Below are positions 19,455 through 38,976 of a stretch of DNA of 64,000 nucleotides, one piece after another. The stretch is from the NCBI RefSeq assembly GCF_009914755.1, contig NC_060948.1. One strand, given 5' to 3'. The position numbers were made by a program, and so were the translations under genes. Within the stretch, counting starts at the first letter, position 1, and each line of letters starts with the position of its first letter. This DNA is from the human T2T-CHM13v2.0 reference genome, Homo sapiens. Below the pieces are notes generated by a model. It saw nothing but the letters and a program-made list of their open reading frames with translations, was not told the origin of the DNA and did no database searches.

Positions 19455-21579
19455 AGATCCATATTTTTTAAATGAAAAAAAATTTCAAAGGTACTCTGCT
19501 TGGTACAATAATCAAATGTATAAACTGAGGAATAAAACATAACCATGAAACCTACTTATAACTGCATATGGAAAATACAGAGGATAATTTTTTAAATAAC
19601 ATATTTTGAAAGCCTTAACTAGTAATTTGAAGAGTTGGCATTTGAAAGGCCAGTATGAATATACCTTCAAAGCAGCAACACAGGTTCCCCATGAGAAAAA
19701 GCAAACACAGAGAAAATAAAAACACAAAGGTTCAATCTCTTCTGACCTTTGAAAGACACAGCACAGACAGTGGTCCTTAGGACGAAGAGCAGGAGACCCC
19801 TAATTCCGTCACCATGGCGATAGGGCATAAACATTGCTGGGTGAGGGCACAATCCACATTGTGAGGTCCAACTGCTGCCAGGAAGACAGGAGTGCTTTTA
19901 CATAGACCGAAAGGTCATTGAAGGCTCAGAGTTTTGTTTCAAGAACTGAATCCCAAGCCCACACGTTATTAGGCTGCGCTTCTTAAAACAAGTTATGAGA
20001 TGGGAAAAAGGGCACCCACAAACATACGTATACATTATGTATATAATAATATACAGTATCATATATATAATATATATAACCTATGTATAATATTGTTTTA
20101 CATCCTGCATCTTATGTTATATATATTGTATAAAATATAATAATTGATAATATATAGGTTTTATAATTATACAATATGAAATATAGTATATATTATAATT
20201 TATGACATATATAATATATGTTATATATCATATATAGAATATATTATACGGTTAATATACGTATTAAATATAAATTATACATTATATATATTATATATAA
20301 TATATCTGTTATATATAATACCCATTATGCATAATATATATATTATGTCTATGTTATATATAGTATAAAACAACATATAATAATATATAATTGTATATAT
20401 AAAATGCGACATATAATATATATTATATTTTATAACATATGTAATATATATTATATTATATATAATACGTTGTATGTATAATACCTATATTAAATATATA
20501 TTATATGACTATGTTATTAATTACATGTCACATGTGTTATATATTATATATTTTACGTAGAATATACCGGTTACATACAATATATACTATGTTACCTATA
20601 ATGTATAATTTATTACATGTAAAATAAAGAATGCAATATATTATGTAAAATTTATAACATACAATATGTGGAATGTGATATATATAACATATAATATATG
20701 ATATATGATATACAGTATATGATATATAACATACAATATATGATTCCTAATATATATGGTATACAATATATATTTTATGATATGTATTCTATATGTTTTA
20801 TATTCTGTTATATATAACTATTTGAAATTATATATAACTGTATAATATTTTATGTAAATATGTAATATAATATATATAACTATATAATATATTATAGATA
20901 ACTATATATTATGTTATATATACTTTTATAACATAATTTACATAAAATATCATAATATAATATATATTATATTATTTCATATTACATAATATATATTACA
21001 TATCACCCAATATAACTAACATACATAATATTATAATATAGATTATATTGTGTAATATTAAATATCATATATATCATGTATCATATATTCTATAATATAT
21101 ATTACACATTATATAATATGTATGTTGTCTATTATGTGATATATATAACTATATATATAATTATATTTTTTACATATAACTAGATAAACATGTAATTCTA
21201 CATATTTTCATTTATAATATGTAGAATTATATAATCATATATAATTATTTATATTGTATAAAAAATTTTATCATTCTATAAATTATAATATATAAAAATT
21301 ATAATATGTACTACAAATATATATATTATATATCATATATGATATAGTACCTTTGTTATATATCATAATACATATAAATGAGTATTATGTTATCTATAAT
21401 TATATAATTTCATATATAAGATGTATAATATGTATCATATATTATATATGTTATGTACAATATATAGTATATATAAGATGACACAGGATAAATATTATAT
21501 ACTATGACATATAAAATATATGAGGTTATATGTTACATATAAGGCATAGCACATAACATGTAATATATATCATATATAA

Positions 21580-21871
21580 TTTTTTTTTAGACAGAATCTT
21601 GTCCTGTTGCACAGGGTGGGGTACAATGGCGCCATCTTTGCTCACTGCAAATTCTGCCTCACAGGTCCAAGCGATTGTCCTCCCTCAGCCTCCCAGGTAG
21701 CTGGGACTACACCACACTGGGACTACACCAGCTGCCACCATGCCTAGCTAATTTTTTGGATTTTTAGTAGTGACAGCGTTTCACTGTATTGGCCAGGATG
21801 GTCTTGATCTCTTCACCTTGTGATCCCCTTGCCTTGGCCTCCAAATTTGCTGGGATTACAGGCCTGAGCCA
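21580..21871 (-). mobile_element. Alu fragment of DYZ2 (class A)
   Basis: Copy of unit Alu. Confidence 0.94.
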
Positions 21872-23973
21872 AGATCCATATTTTTTAAATGAAAAAAAAT
21901 TTCAAAGGTACTCTGCTTGGTACAATAATCAAATGTATAAACTGAGGAATAAAACATAACCATGAAACCTACTTATAACTGCATATGGAAAATACAGAGG
22001 ATAATTTTTTAAATAACATATTTTGAAAGCCTTAACTAGTAATTTGAAGAGCTGGCATTTGAAAGGCCAGTATGAATATACCTTCAAAGCAGCAACACAG
22101 GTTCCCCATGAGAAAAAGCAAACACAGGGAAAATAAAAACACAAAGGTTCAATCTCTTCTGACCTTTGAAAGACACAGCACAGACAGTGGTCCTTAGGAC
22201 GAAGAGCAGGAGACCCCTAATTCCGTCACCATGGCGATAGGGCATAAACATTGCTGGGTGAGGGCACAATCCACATTGTGAGGTCCAACTTCTGCCAGGA
22301 AGACAGGAGTGCTTTTACATAGACCGAAAGGTCATTGAAGGCTCAGAGTTTTGTTTCAAGAACTGAATCCCAAGCCCACACGTTATTAGGCTGCGCTTCT
22401 TAAAACAAGTTATGAGATGGGAAAAAGGGCACCCACAAACATACGTATACATTATGTATATAATAATATACAGTATCATATATATAATATATATAACCTA
22501 TGTATAATATTGTTTTACATCCTGCATCTTATGTTATATATATTGTATAAAATATAATAATTGATAATATATAAGTTTTATAAATATACAATATCTCATA
22601 TAGTATATATTATAATTTATGACATATATAATATATGTTATATGTCATATATAGAATATATTATACGGTTAATATACGTATTAAATATAAATTATACATT
22701 ATATATATTATATATAATATACCTGTTATATATAATACCCATTACGCATAATATATATATTATGTCTATGTTATATATAGTATAAAACAACATATAATAA
22801 TATATAATTGTATATATAAAATGCGACATATAATATATATTATATTTTATAACATATGTAATATATATTATATATTATATATAATACGTTGTATGTATAA
22901 TACCTATATTAAATATATATTATATGACTATGTTATTAATTACATGTCACATGTGTTATATATTATATATTTTACATAGAATATACCGGTTACATACAAT
23001 ATATACTATGTTACCTATAATGTATAATTTATTGCATGTAAAATAAAGAATGCAATATATTATGTATAATTTATAATATACCATATGTGGAATGTGATAT
23101 ATATAACATATAATATATGATATATGATATACAGTATATGATATATAACATACAATATATGATTCCTAATATATATGGTATACAATATATATTTTATGAT
23201 ATGTATTCTATATGTTTTATATTCTGTTATATATAACTATTTGAAATTATATATAACTGTATAATATTTTATGTAAATATGTAATATAATATATATAACT
23301 ATATAATATATTATAGATAACTTTATATTATGTTATATATACTTTTATAACATAATTTACATAAAATATCATAATATAATATATATTATATTATTTCATA
23401 TTACATAATATATATTACATATCACCCAATATAACTAACATACATAATATTATAATATAGATTATATTGTGTTATATTAAATATCATATATATCATGTAT
23501 CATATATTCTATAATATATATTACACATTATATAATATGTATGTTGTCTATTATGTGATATATATAACTATATATATAATTATATTTTTATACATATAAC
23601 TAGATAAACATGTAATTCTACATATTTTCATTTAAAATATGTAGAATTATATAATCATATATAATTATTTATATTCTATAAAAAATTTTATCATTATATA
23701 AATTATAATATATAAAAATTATATATACTACAAATATATATATTATATATCATATATGATATAGTACCTTTGTTATATATCATAATACATATAAATGTGT
23801 ATTATGTTATCTATAATTATATAATTTCATATATAAGATGTATAATATGTATCATATATTATATATGTTATGTAATATATATAGTATATATAAGATGACA
23901 CAGGATAAATATTATATACTATGACATATAAAATATATGAGGTTATATGTTACATATAAGGCACAGCACATAA

Positions 23974-24288
<315 letters not shown>

Positions 24289-26393
24289 AGATCCATATTT
24301 TTTAAATGAAAAAAAATTTCAAAGGTACTCTGCTTGGTACAATAATCAAATGTATAAACTGAGGAATAAAACATAACCATGAAACCTACTTATAACTGCA
24401 TATGGAAAATACAGAGGATAATTTTTTAAATAACATATTTTGAAAGCCTTAACTAGTAATTTGAAGAGTTGGCATTTGAAAGGCCAGTATGAATATACCT
24501 TCAAAGCAGCAACACAGGTTCCCCATGAGAAAAAGCAAACACAGGGAAAATAAAAACACAAAGGTTCAATCTCTTCTGACCTTTGAAAGACACAGCACAG
24601 ACAGTGGTCCTTAGGACGAAGAGCAGGAGACCCCTAATTCCGTCACCATGGCGATAGGGCATAAACATTGCTGGGTGAGGGCACAATCCACATTGTGAGG
24701 TCCAACTGCTGCCAGGAAGACAGGAGTGCTTTTACATAGACCGAAAGGTCATTGAAGGCTCAGAGTTTTGTTTCAAGAACTGAATCCCAAGCCCAAACGT
24801 TATTAGGCTGCGCTTCTTAAAACAAGTTATGAGATGGGAAAAAGGGCACCCACAAACATACGTATACATTATGTATATAATAATATACAGTATCATATAT
24901 ATAATATATATAACCTATGTATAATATTGTTTTACATCCTGCATCTTATGTTATATATATTGTATAAAATATAATAATTGATAATATATAAGTTTTATAT
25001 TTATACAATATGACATATAGTATATATTATAATTTATGACATACATAATATATGTTATATGTCATATGTAGAATATATTATACGGTTAATATACGTATTA
25101 AATATAAATTATACATTATATATATTATATATAATATATCTGTTATATATAATACCCATTATGCATAATATATATATTATGTCTATGTTATATATAGTAT
25201 AAAACAACATATAATAATATATAATTGTATATATAAAATGCGACATATAATATATATTATATTTTATAACATATGTAATATATATTATATATTACATATA
25301 ATACGTTGTATGTATAATACCTATATTAAATATATATTATACGACTATGTTATTAATTACATGTCACATGTGTTATATATTATATATTTTACATAGAATA
25401 TACCGGTTAAATACAATATATACTATGTTACCTATAATGTATAATTTATTACATGTAAAATAAAGAATGCAATATATTATGTATAATTTATAATATACAA
25501 TATGTGGAATGTGATATATATAACATATAATATATGATATATGATATACAGTATATGATATATAACATACAATATATGATTCCTAATATATATGGTATAC
25601 AATATATATTTTATGATATGTATTCTATATGTTTTATATTCTGTTATATATAACTATTTGAAATTATATATAACTGTATAATATTTTATGTAAATATGTA
25701 ATATAATATATATAACTATATAATATATTATAGATAACTATATATTATGTTATATATACTTTTATAACATAATTTACATAAAATATCATAATATAATATA
25801 TATTATATTATTTCATATTACATAATATATATTACATATCACCCAATATAACTAACATACATAATATTATAATATAGATTATATTGTGTTATATTAAATA
25901 TCATATATATCATGTATCATATATTCTATAATATATATTGCACATTATATAATATGTATGTTGTCTATTATGTGATATATATAACTATATATATAATTAT
26001 ATTTTTATACATATAACTGGATAAACATGTAATTCTACATATTTTCATTTATAATATGTAGAATTATATAATCATATATAATTATTTATATTCTATAAAA
26101 AATTTTATCATTATATAAATAATAATATATAAAAATTATAATATGTACTACAAATATATATATTATATATCTTATATGATATAGTACCTTTGTTATATAT
26201 CATAATACATATAAATGTGTATTATGTTATCTATAATTATATAATTTCATATAAAAGATGTATAATATGTATCATATATTATATATGTTATGTAATATAT
26301 ATAGTATATATAAGATGACACAGGATAAATATTATATACTATGACATATTAAATATATGAGGTTATATGTTACATATAAGGCATAGCACATAA

Positions 26394-26708
<315 letters not shown>

Positions 26709-28813
26709 AGATCTATATTTTTTAAATGAAAAAAAATTTCAAAGGTACTCTGCTTGGTACAATAATCAAATGTATAAACTGAGGAATAAAACATAACCAT
26801 GAAACCTACTTATAACTGCATATGGAAAATACAGAGGATAATTTTTTAAATAACATATTTTGAAAGCCTTAACTAGTAATTTGAAGAGTTGGCATTTGAA
26901 AGGCCAGTATGAATATACCTTCAAAGCAGCAACACAGGTTCCCCATGATAAAAAGCAAACACAGGGAAAATAAAAACAGAAAGGTTCAATCTCTTCTGAC
27001 CTTTGAAAGACACAGCACAGACAGTGGTCCTTAGGACGAAGAGCAGGAGACCCCTAATTCCGTCACCATGGCGATAGGGCATAAACATTGCTGGGTGAGG
27101 GCACAATCCACATTGTGAGGTCCAACTGCTGCCAGGAAGACAGGAGTGCTTTTACATAGACCGAAAGGTCATTGAAGGCTCAGAGTTTTGTTTCAAGAAC
27201 TGAATCCCAAGCCCACACGTTATTAGGCTGCGCTTCTTAAAACAAGTTATGAGATGGGAAAAAGGGCACCCACAAACATACGTATACATTATGTATATAA
27301 TAATATACAGTATCATATATATAATATATATAACCTATGTATAATATTGTTTTACATCCTGCATCTTATGTTATATATATTGTATAAAATATAATAATTG
27401 ATAATATATAAGTTTTATAATTATACAATATGACATATAGTATATATTATAATTTATGACATATATAATATATGTTATATATCATATATAGAATATATTA
27501 TACGGTTAATATACGTATTAAATATAAATTATACATTATATATATTATATATAATATATCTGTTATATATAATACCCATTATGCATAATATATATATTAT
27601 GTCTATGTTATATATAGTATAAAACAACATATAATAATATATAATTGTATATATAAAATGCGACATATAATATATATTATATTTTATAACATATGTAATA
27701 TATATTATATATTATATATAATACGTTGTATGTATAATACCTATATTAAATATATATTATATGACTATGTTATTAATTACATGTCACATGTGTTATATAT
27801 TATATATTTTACGTAGAATATACCGGTTACATACAATATATACTATGTTACCTATAATGTATAATTTATTACATGTAAAATAAAGAATGCAATATATTAT
27901 GTATAATTTATAATATAGAATATGTGGAATGTGATATATATAACATATAATATACCATATATGATATACAGTATATGATATATAACATACAATATATGAT
28001 TCCTAATATATATGGTATACAATATATATTTTATGATATGTATTCTATATGTTTTATATTCTGTTATATATAACTATTTGAAATTATATATAACTGTATA
28101 ATATTTTTTGTAAATATGTAATATAATATATATAACTATATAATATATTATATATAACTATATATTATGTTATATATACTTTTATAACATAATTTACATA
28201 AAATATCATAATATAATATATATTATATTATTTCATATTACATAATATATATTACATATCACCCAATATAACTAACATACATAATATTATAATATAGATT
28301 ATATTGTGTTATATTAAATATCATATATATCATGTATCATATATTCTATAATATATATTACACATTATATAATATGTATGTTGTCTATTATGTGATATAT
28401 ATAACTATATATATAATTATATTTTTATACATATAACTAGATAAACATGTAATTCTACATATTTTCATTTATAATATGTAGAATTATATAATCATATATA
28501 ATTATTTATATTCTATAAAAAATTTTATCATTATATAAATTATAATATATAAAAATTATAATATGTACTACAAATATATATTGTATATATCATATATGAT
28601 ATAGTACCTTTGTTATATTTCATAATACATATAAATGTGTATTATGTTATCTATAATTATATAATTTCATATATAAGATGTATAATATGTATCATATATT
28701 ATAGATGTTATGTAATATATATAGTATATATAAGATGACACAGGATAAATATTATATACTATGACATATAAAATATATGAGGTTATATGTTACATATAAG
28801 GCATAGCACATAA

Positions 28814-29128
<315 letters not shown>

Positions 29129-31233
29129 AGATCCATATTTTTTAAATGAAAAAAAATTTCAAAGGTACTCTGCTTGGTACAATAATCAAATGTATAAACT
29201 GAGGAATAAAACATAACCATGAAACCTACTTATAACTGCATATGGAAAATACAGAGGATAATTTTTTAAATAACATATTTTGAAAGCCTTAACTAGTAAT
29301 TTGAAGAGTTGGCATTTGAAAGGCCAGTATGAATATACCTTCAAAGCAGCAACACATGTTCCCCATGAGAAAAAGCAAACACAGGGAAAATAAAAACACA
29401 AAGGTTCAATCTCTTCTGACCTTTGAAAGACACAGCACAGACAGTGGTCCTTAGGACGAAGAGCAGGAGACCCCTAATTCCGTCACCATGGCGATAGGGC
29501 ATAAACATTGCTGGGTGAGGGCACAATCCACATTGTGAGGTCCAACTGCTGCCAGGAAGACAGGAGTGCTTTTACATAGACCGAAAGGTCATTGAAGGCT
29601 CAGAGTTTTGTTTCAAGAACTGAATCCCAAGCCCAAAGGTTATTAGGCTGCGCTTCTTAAAACGAGTTATGAGATGGGAAAAAGGGCACCCACAAACATA
29701 CGTATACATTATGTATATAATAATATACAGTATCATATATATAATATATATAACCTATGTATAATATTGTTTTACATCCTGCATCTTATGTTACATATAT
29801 TGTATAAAATATAATAATTGATAATATATAAGTTTTATAATTATACAATATGACATATAGTATATATTATAATTTATGAGATATATAATATATGTTATTT
29901 GTCATATATAGAATATATTATACGGTTAATATACGTATTAAATATAAATTATACATTATATATATTATATATAATATATCTGTTATATATAATACCCATT
30001 ATGCATAATATATATATTATGTCTATGTTATATATAGTATAAAACAACATATAATAATATATAATTGTATATATAAAATGCGACATATAATATACATTAT
30101 ATTTTATAACATATGTAATATACATTATATATTATATATAATACGTTGTATGTATAATACCTATATTAAATATATATTATATGACTATGTTATTAATTAC
30201 ATGTCACATGTGTTATATATTATATATTTTACGTAGAATATACCGGTTACATACAATATATACTATGTTACCTATAATGTATAATTTATTACATGTAAAA
30301 TAAAGAATGCAATATATTATGTATAATTTATAATATACCATATGTGGAATGTGATATATATAACATATAATATATGATATATGATATACAGTATATGATA
30401 TATAACATACAATATATGATTCCTAATATATATGGTATAAAATATATATTTTATGATATGTATTCTATATGTTTTATATTCTGTTATATATAACTATTTG
30501 AAATTATAAATAACTGTATAATATTTTATGTAAATATGTAATATAATATATATAACTATATAATATATTATATATAACTATATATTATGTTATATATACT
30601 TTTATAACATAATTTACATAAAATATCATAATATAATATATATTATATTATTTCATATTACATAATATATATTACATATCACCCAATATAACTAACATAC
30701 ATAATATTATAATATAGATTATATTGTGTTATATTAAATATCATATATATCATGTATCATATATTCTATAATATATATTACACATTATATAATATGTATG
30801 TTTTCTATTATGTGATATATATAACTATATATATAGTTATATTTTTATACATATAACTAGATAAACATGTAATTCTACATATTTTCATTTATAATATGTA
30901 GAATTATATAATCATATATAATTATTTATATTCTATAAAAAATTTTATCATTATATAAATTATAATATATAAAAATTATAATATGTACTACAAATATATA
31001 TATTATATATCATATATGATATAGTACCTTTGTTATATATCATAATACATATAAATGTGTATTATGTTATCTATAATTATATAATTTCATATATAAGATG
31101 TATAATATGTATCATATATTATATATGTTATGTAATATATATAGTATATATAAGATGACACAGGATAAATATTATATACTATGACATATAAAATATATCA
31201 GGTTATATGTTACATATAAGGCATAGCACATAA

Positions 31234-31548
<315 letters not shown>

Positions 31549-33653
31549 AGATCCGTATTTTTTAAATGAAAAAAAATTTCAAAGGTACTCTGCTTGGTAC
31601 AATAATCAAATGTATAAACTGAGGAATAAAACATAACCATGAAACCTACTTATAACTGCATATGGAAAATACAGAGGATAATTTTTTAAATAACATATTT
31701 TGAAAGCCTTAAGTAGTAATTTGAAGAGTTGGCATTTGAAAGGCCAGTATGAATATACCTTCAAAGCAGCAACACATGTTCCCCATGAGAAAAAGCAAAC
31801 ACAGGGAAAATAAAAACACAAAGGTTCAATCTCTTCTGACCTTTGAAAGACACAGCACAGACAGTGGTCCTTAGGACGAAGAGCAGGAGACCCCTAATTC
31901 CGTCACCATGGCGATAGGGCATAAACATTGCTGGGTGAGGGCACAATCCACATTGTGAGGTCCAACTGCTGCCAGGAAGACAGGAGTGCTTTTACATAGA
32001 CCGAAAGGTCATTGAAGGCTCAGAGTTTTGTTTCAAGAACTGAATCCCAAGCCCACAGGTTATTAGGCTGCGCTTCTTAAAACGAGTTATGAGATGGGAA
32101 AAAGGGCAACCACAAACATACGTATACATTATGTATATAATAATATACAGTATCATATATATAATATATATAACCTATGTATAATATTGTTTTACATCCT
32201 GCATCTTATGTTATATATATTGTATAAAATATAATAATTGATAATATATAAGTTTTATAATTATACAATATGACATATAGTATATATTATAATTTATGAG
32301 ATATATAATATATGTTATATGTCATATATAGAATATATTATACGGTTAATATACGTATTAAATATAAATTATACATTATATATATTATATATAATATATC
32401 TGTTATATATAATACCCATTATGCATAATATATATATTATGTCTATGTTATATATAGTATAAAACAACATATAATAATATATAATTGTATATATAAAATG
32501 CGACATATAATATATATTATATTTTATAACATATGTAATATATATTATATATTATATATAATACGTTGTATGTATAATACCTATATTAAATATATATTAT
32601 ATGACTATGTTATTAATTACATGTCACATGTGTTATATATTATATATTTTACATAGAATATACCGGTTACATACAATATATACTATGTTACCTATAATGT
32701 ATAATTTATTACATGTAAAATAAAGAATGCAATATATTATGTATAATTTATAATATACCATATGTGGAATGTGATATATATAACATATAATATATGATAT
32801 ATGATATACAGTATATGATATATAACATACAATATATGATTCCTAATATATATGGTATACAATATATATTTTATGATATGTATTCTATATGTTTTATATT
32901 CTGTTATATATAACTATTTGAAATTATAAATAACTGTATAATATTTTATGTAAATATGTAATATAATATATATAACTATATAATATATTATATATAACTA
33001 TATATTATGTTATATATACTTTTATAACATAATTTACATAAAATATCATAATATAATATATATTATATTATTTCATATTACATAATATATATTACATATC
33101 ACCCAATATAACTAACATAGATAATATTATAATATAGATTATATTGTGTTATATTAAATATCATATATATCATGTATCATATATTCTATAATATATATTA
33201 CACATTATATAATATGTATGTTTTCTATTATGTGATATATATAACTATATATATAGTTATATTTTTATACATATAACTAGATAAACATGTAATTCTACAT
33301 ATTTTCATTTATAATATGTAGAATTATATAATCATATATAATTATTTATATTCTATAAAAAATTTTATCATTATATAAATTATAATATATAAAAATTATA
33401 ATATGTACTACAAATATATATATTATATATCATATATGATATAGTACCTTTGTTATATATCATAATACATATAAATGTGTATTATGTTATCTATAATTAT
33501 ATAATTTCATATATAAGATGTATAATATGTATCATATATTATATATGTTATGTAATATATATAGTATATATAAGATGACACAGGATAAATATTATATACT
33601 ATGACATATAAAATATATCAGGTTATATGTTACATATAAGGCATAGCACATAA

Positions 33654-33968
<315 letters not shown>

Positions 33969-36096
33969 AGATCCGTATTTTTTAAATGAAAAAAAATTTC
34001 AAAGGTACTCTGCTTGGTACAATAATCAAATGTATAAACTGAGGAATAAAACATAACCATGAAACCTACTTATAACTGCATATGGAAAATACAGAGGATA
34101 ATTTTTTAAATAACATATTTTGAAAGCCTTAACTAGTAATTTGAAGAGCTGGCATTTGAAAGGCCAGTATGAATATACCTTCAAAGCAGCAACACAGGTT
34201 CCCCATGAGAAAAAGCAAACACAGGGAAAATAAAAACACAAAGGTTCAATCTCTTCTGACCTTTGAAAGACACAGCACAGACAGTGGTCCTTAGGACGAA
34301 GAGCAGGAGACCCCTAATTCCGTCACCATGGCGATAGGGCATAAACATTGCTGGGTGAGGGCACAATCCACATTGTGAGGTCCAACTGCTGCCAGGAAGA
34401 CAGGAGTGCTTTTACATAGACCGAAAGGTCATTGAAGGCTCAGAGTTTTGTTTCAAGAACTGAATCCCAAGCCCACACGTTATTAGGCTGCGCTTCTTAA
34501 AACAAGTTATGAGATGGGAAAAAGGGCACCCACAAACATACGTATACATTATGTATATAATAATATACAGTATCATATATATAATATATATAACCTATGT
34601 ATAATATTGTTTTACATCCTGCATCTTATGTTATATATATTGTATAAAATATAATAATTGATAATATATAAGTTATATAATTATACAATATGACATATAG
34701 TATATATTATAATTTATGACATATAAAATATATGTTATATGTCATATATAGAATATATTATACGGTTAATATACGTATTAAATATAAATTATACATTATA
34801 TATATTATATATAATATATCTGTTATATATAATACCCATTATGCATAATATATATATTATGTCTATGTTATATATAGTATAAAACAACATATAATAATAT
34901 ATAATTGTATATATAAAATGCGACATATAATATATATTATATTTTATAACATATGTAATATATATTATATATTATATATAATACGTTGTATGTATAATAC
35001 CTATATTAAATATATAATATATGACTATGTTATTAATTACATGTCACATATGTTATATATTATATATTTTACATAGAATATACCGGTTACATACAATATA
35101 TACTATGTTACCTATAATGTATAATTTATTACATGTAAAATAAAGAATGCAATATATTATGTAAAATTTATAATATACCATATGTGGAATGTGATATATA
35201 TAACATATAATATATGATATATGATATACAGTATATGATATATAACATACAATATATGATTCCTAATATATATGGTATACAATATATATTTTATGATATG
35301 TATTCTATATGTTTTATATTCTGTTATATATAACTATTTGAAATTATATATAACTGTATAATATTTTATGTAAATATGTAATATAATATATATAACTATA
35401 TAATATATTATATATAACTATATATTATGTTATATATACTTTTATAACATAATTTACATAAAATATCATAATATAATATATATTATATTATTTCATATTA
35501 CATAATATATATTACATATCACCCAATATAACTAACATACATAATATTATAATATAGATTATATTGTGTTATATTAAATATCATATATATCATGTATCAT
35601 ATATTCTATAATATATATTACACATTATATAATATGTATGTTGTCTATTATGTGATATATATAACTATATATATAATTATATTTTTATACATATAACTAG
35701 ATTAAAATGTAATTCTACATATTTTCATTTATAATATGTAGAATTATATAATCATATATAATTATTTATATTCTATAAAAAATTTTATCATTATATAAAT
35801 TATAATATATAAAAATTATAATATGTACTACAAATATATATATTATATATCATATATGATATAGTACCTTTGTTATATATCATAATACATATAAATGTGT
35901 ATTATGGTATCTATAATTATATAATTTCATATATAAGATGTATAATATGTATCATATATTATATAAGTTATGTAATATATATAGTATATATAAGATGACA
36001 CAGGATAAATATTATATACTATGACATATAAAATATATGAGGTTATATGTTACATATAAGGCATAGCACATAACATGTAATATATATCATATATAA

Positions 36097-36388
36097 TTTT
36101 TTTTTAGACAGAATCTTGTCCTGTTGCACAGGGTGGGGTTCAATGGCGCCATCTTTGCTCACTGCAACTTCTGCCTCACGGGTCCAAGCGATTGTCCTCC
36201 CTCAGCCTCCCAGGTAGCTGGGACTACACCACACTGGGACTACACCAGCTGCCACCATGCCTAGCTAATTTTTTGGATTTTTAGTAGTGACAGCGTTTCA
36301 CTGTATTGGCCAGGATGGTCTTGATCTCTTCACCTTGTGATCCCCTTGCCTTGGCCTCCAAATTTGCTGGGATTACAGGCCTGAGCCA
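36097..36388 (-). mobile_element. Alu fragment of DYZ2 (class A)
   Basis: Copy of unit Alu. Confidence 0.94.
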
Positions 36389-37443
36389 AGATCCATATTT
36401 TTTAAATGAAAAAAAATTTCAAAGGTACTCTGCTTGGTATAATAATCAAATGTATAAACTGAGGAATAAAACATAACCATGAAACCTACTTATAACAGCA
36501 TATGGAAAATACAGAGGATAATTTTTTAAATAACATATTTTGAAAGCCTTAACTAGTAATTTGAAGAGTTGGCATTTGAAAGGCCAGTATGAATATACCT
36601 TCAAAGCAGCAACACAGGTTCCCATGAGAAAAAGCAAACACAGGGAAAACAAAAACACAAAGGTTCAATCTCTTCTGACCTTTGAAAGACACAGCACAGA
36701 CAGTGGTCCTTAGGACGAAGAGCAGGAGACCCCTAATTCCGTCACCAAGGCGATAGGGCATAAACATTGCTGGGTGAGGGCACAATCCACATTGTGAGGT
36801 CCAACTGCTGCCAGGAAGACAGGAGTGCTTTTACATAGACCGAAAGGTCATTGAAGGCTCAGAGTTTTGTTTCAAGAACTGAATCCCAAGCCCACACGTT
36901 ATTAGGCTGCGCTTCTTAAAACAAGTTATGAGATGGGAAAAAGGGCACCCACAAACATACGTATACATTATGTATATAATAATATACAGTATCATATATG
37001 TAATATATATCACCTATGTATAATATTGTTTTACATCCTGCATCTTATGTTATATATACTGTATAAAATATAATAATTGATAATATATAAGTTTTATAAT
37101 TATACAATATGACATATAGTATATATTATAATTTATGACATATATAATATATGTTATATGTCATATATAGAATATATTATACGGTTAATATACGTATTAA
37201 ATATAAATTATACATTATATATATTATATATAATATATCTGTTATATATAATACCCATTATGCATAATATATATATTATGTCTATGTTATATATAGTATA
37301 AAACAACACATAATAATATATAATTGTATACATAAAATGCGACATATAATATATATTATATTTTATGACATATGTAATATATATTATATATTATATATAA
37401 TACGTTGTATGTATAATACCTATATTAAATATATATTTTATGA

Positions 37444-37615
37444 CCTATATTAAATATATATTATTTATATATATTTATTATATATTTAATATATATTATA
37501 TATAATATAAATATATTTAATATATATAATATATATTAAATATATATTATATGACCTATATTAAATATATATTATATAATATATATTTATAATAATATAA
37601 ATATATATTATATGT
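37444..37615. repeat. 171-bp AT-rich insertion built from local direct and inverted copies
   Basis: The distance from tatattaaat to attaattaca is 30 bp in normal units (1141 to 1171) but 201 bp here (37421 to 37622). Edges are approximate. Confidence 0.88.
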
Positions 37616-38684
37616 AATGTTATTAATTACATGTCACATGTGTTATATATTATATATTTTACATAGAATATACCGGTTACATACAATATATACTATGTTA
37701 CCTACAATGTATAATTGATTACATATAAAATAAAGAATGCAATATATTATGTATAATTTATAATATACAATATGTGGAATGTGATATATATAACATATAA
37801 TATATGATATATGATATAGAGTATATGATATATAACATACAATATATGATACCTAATATATATGGTATACAATATATATTTTATGATATGTATTCTATAT
37901 GTAATATATTCTCTTATATATAACTATTTGAAATTATATATAACTATAATATTTTATGTAAATATGTAATATAATATATATAAGTATATAATATATTATA
38001 TATAACTATATATTATGTTATATATACTTTTATAACATAATTTACATAAAATATCATAATATAATATATATTATATTATTTCATATTACATAATATATAT
38101 TACATATCACCCAATATAAGTAACATACATAATATTATAATATAGATTATATTATGTTATATTAAATATCATATATATCATGTATCATATATTCTATAAT
38201 ATATATTATACATTATATAATATGTATGTTGTCTATTATGTGATATATATAACTATATATATAATTATATTATTATACATATAACTAGATAAACATGTAA
38301 TTCTACATATTTTCATTTATAATATAGAGAATTATATAATCATATATAATTATTTATATTCTATAAAAAATTATATCATTATATAAATTATAATATATAA
38401 AAATTATAATATGTACTACAAATATATATATTATATATCATATATGATATAGTACCTTTGTTATATATCATAAAACATATAAATGTGTATTATGTTATCT
38501 ATAATTATATAATTTCATATATAAGATGTATAATATGTATCATATATTATATATGTTATGTAATATATATAGTATATATAAGATGACACAGGATAAATAT
38601 TATATACTATGACATATAAAATATATGAGGTTATATGTTACATATAAGGCATAGCACATAACATGTAATATATATCATATATAA

Positions 38685-38976
<292 letters not shown>

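Noticed and set aside
37444-37615. Insertion length of 171 bp equals the alpha-satellite monomer
   Set aside because: Coincidence: the insert is almost pure A/T local sequence with no alphoid similarity or CENP-B box.
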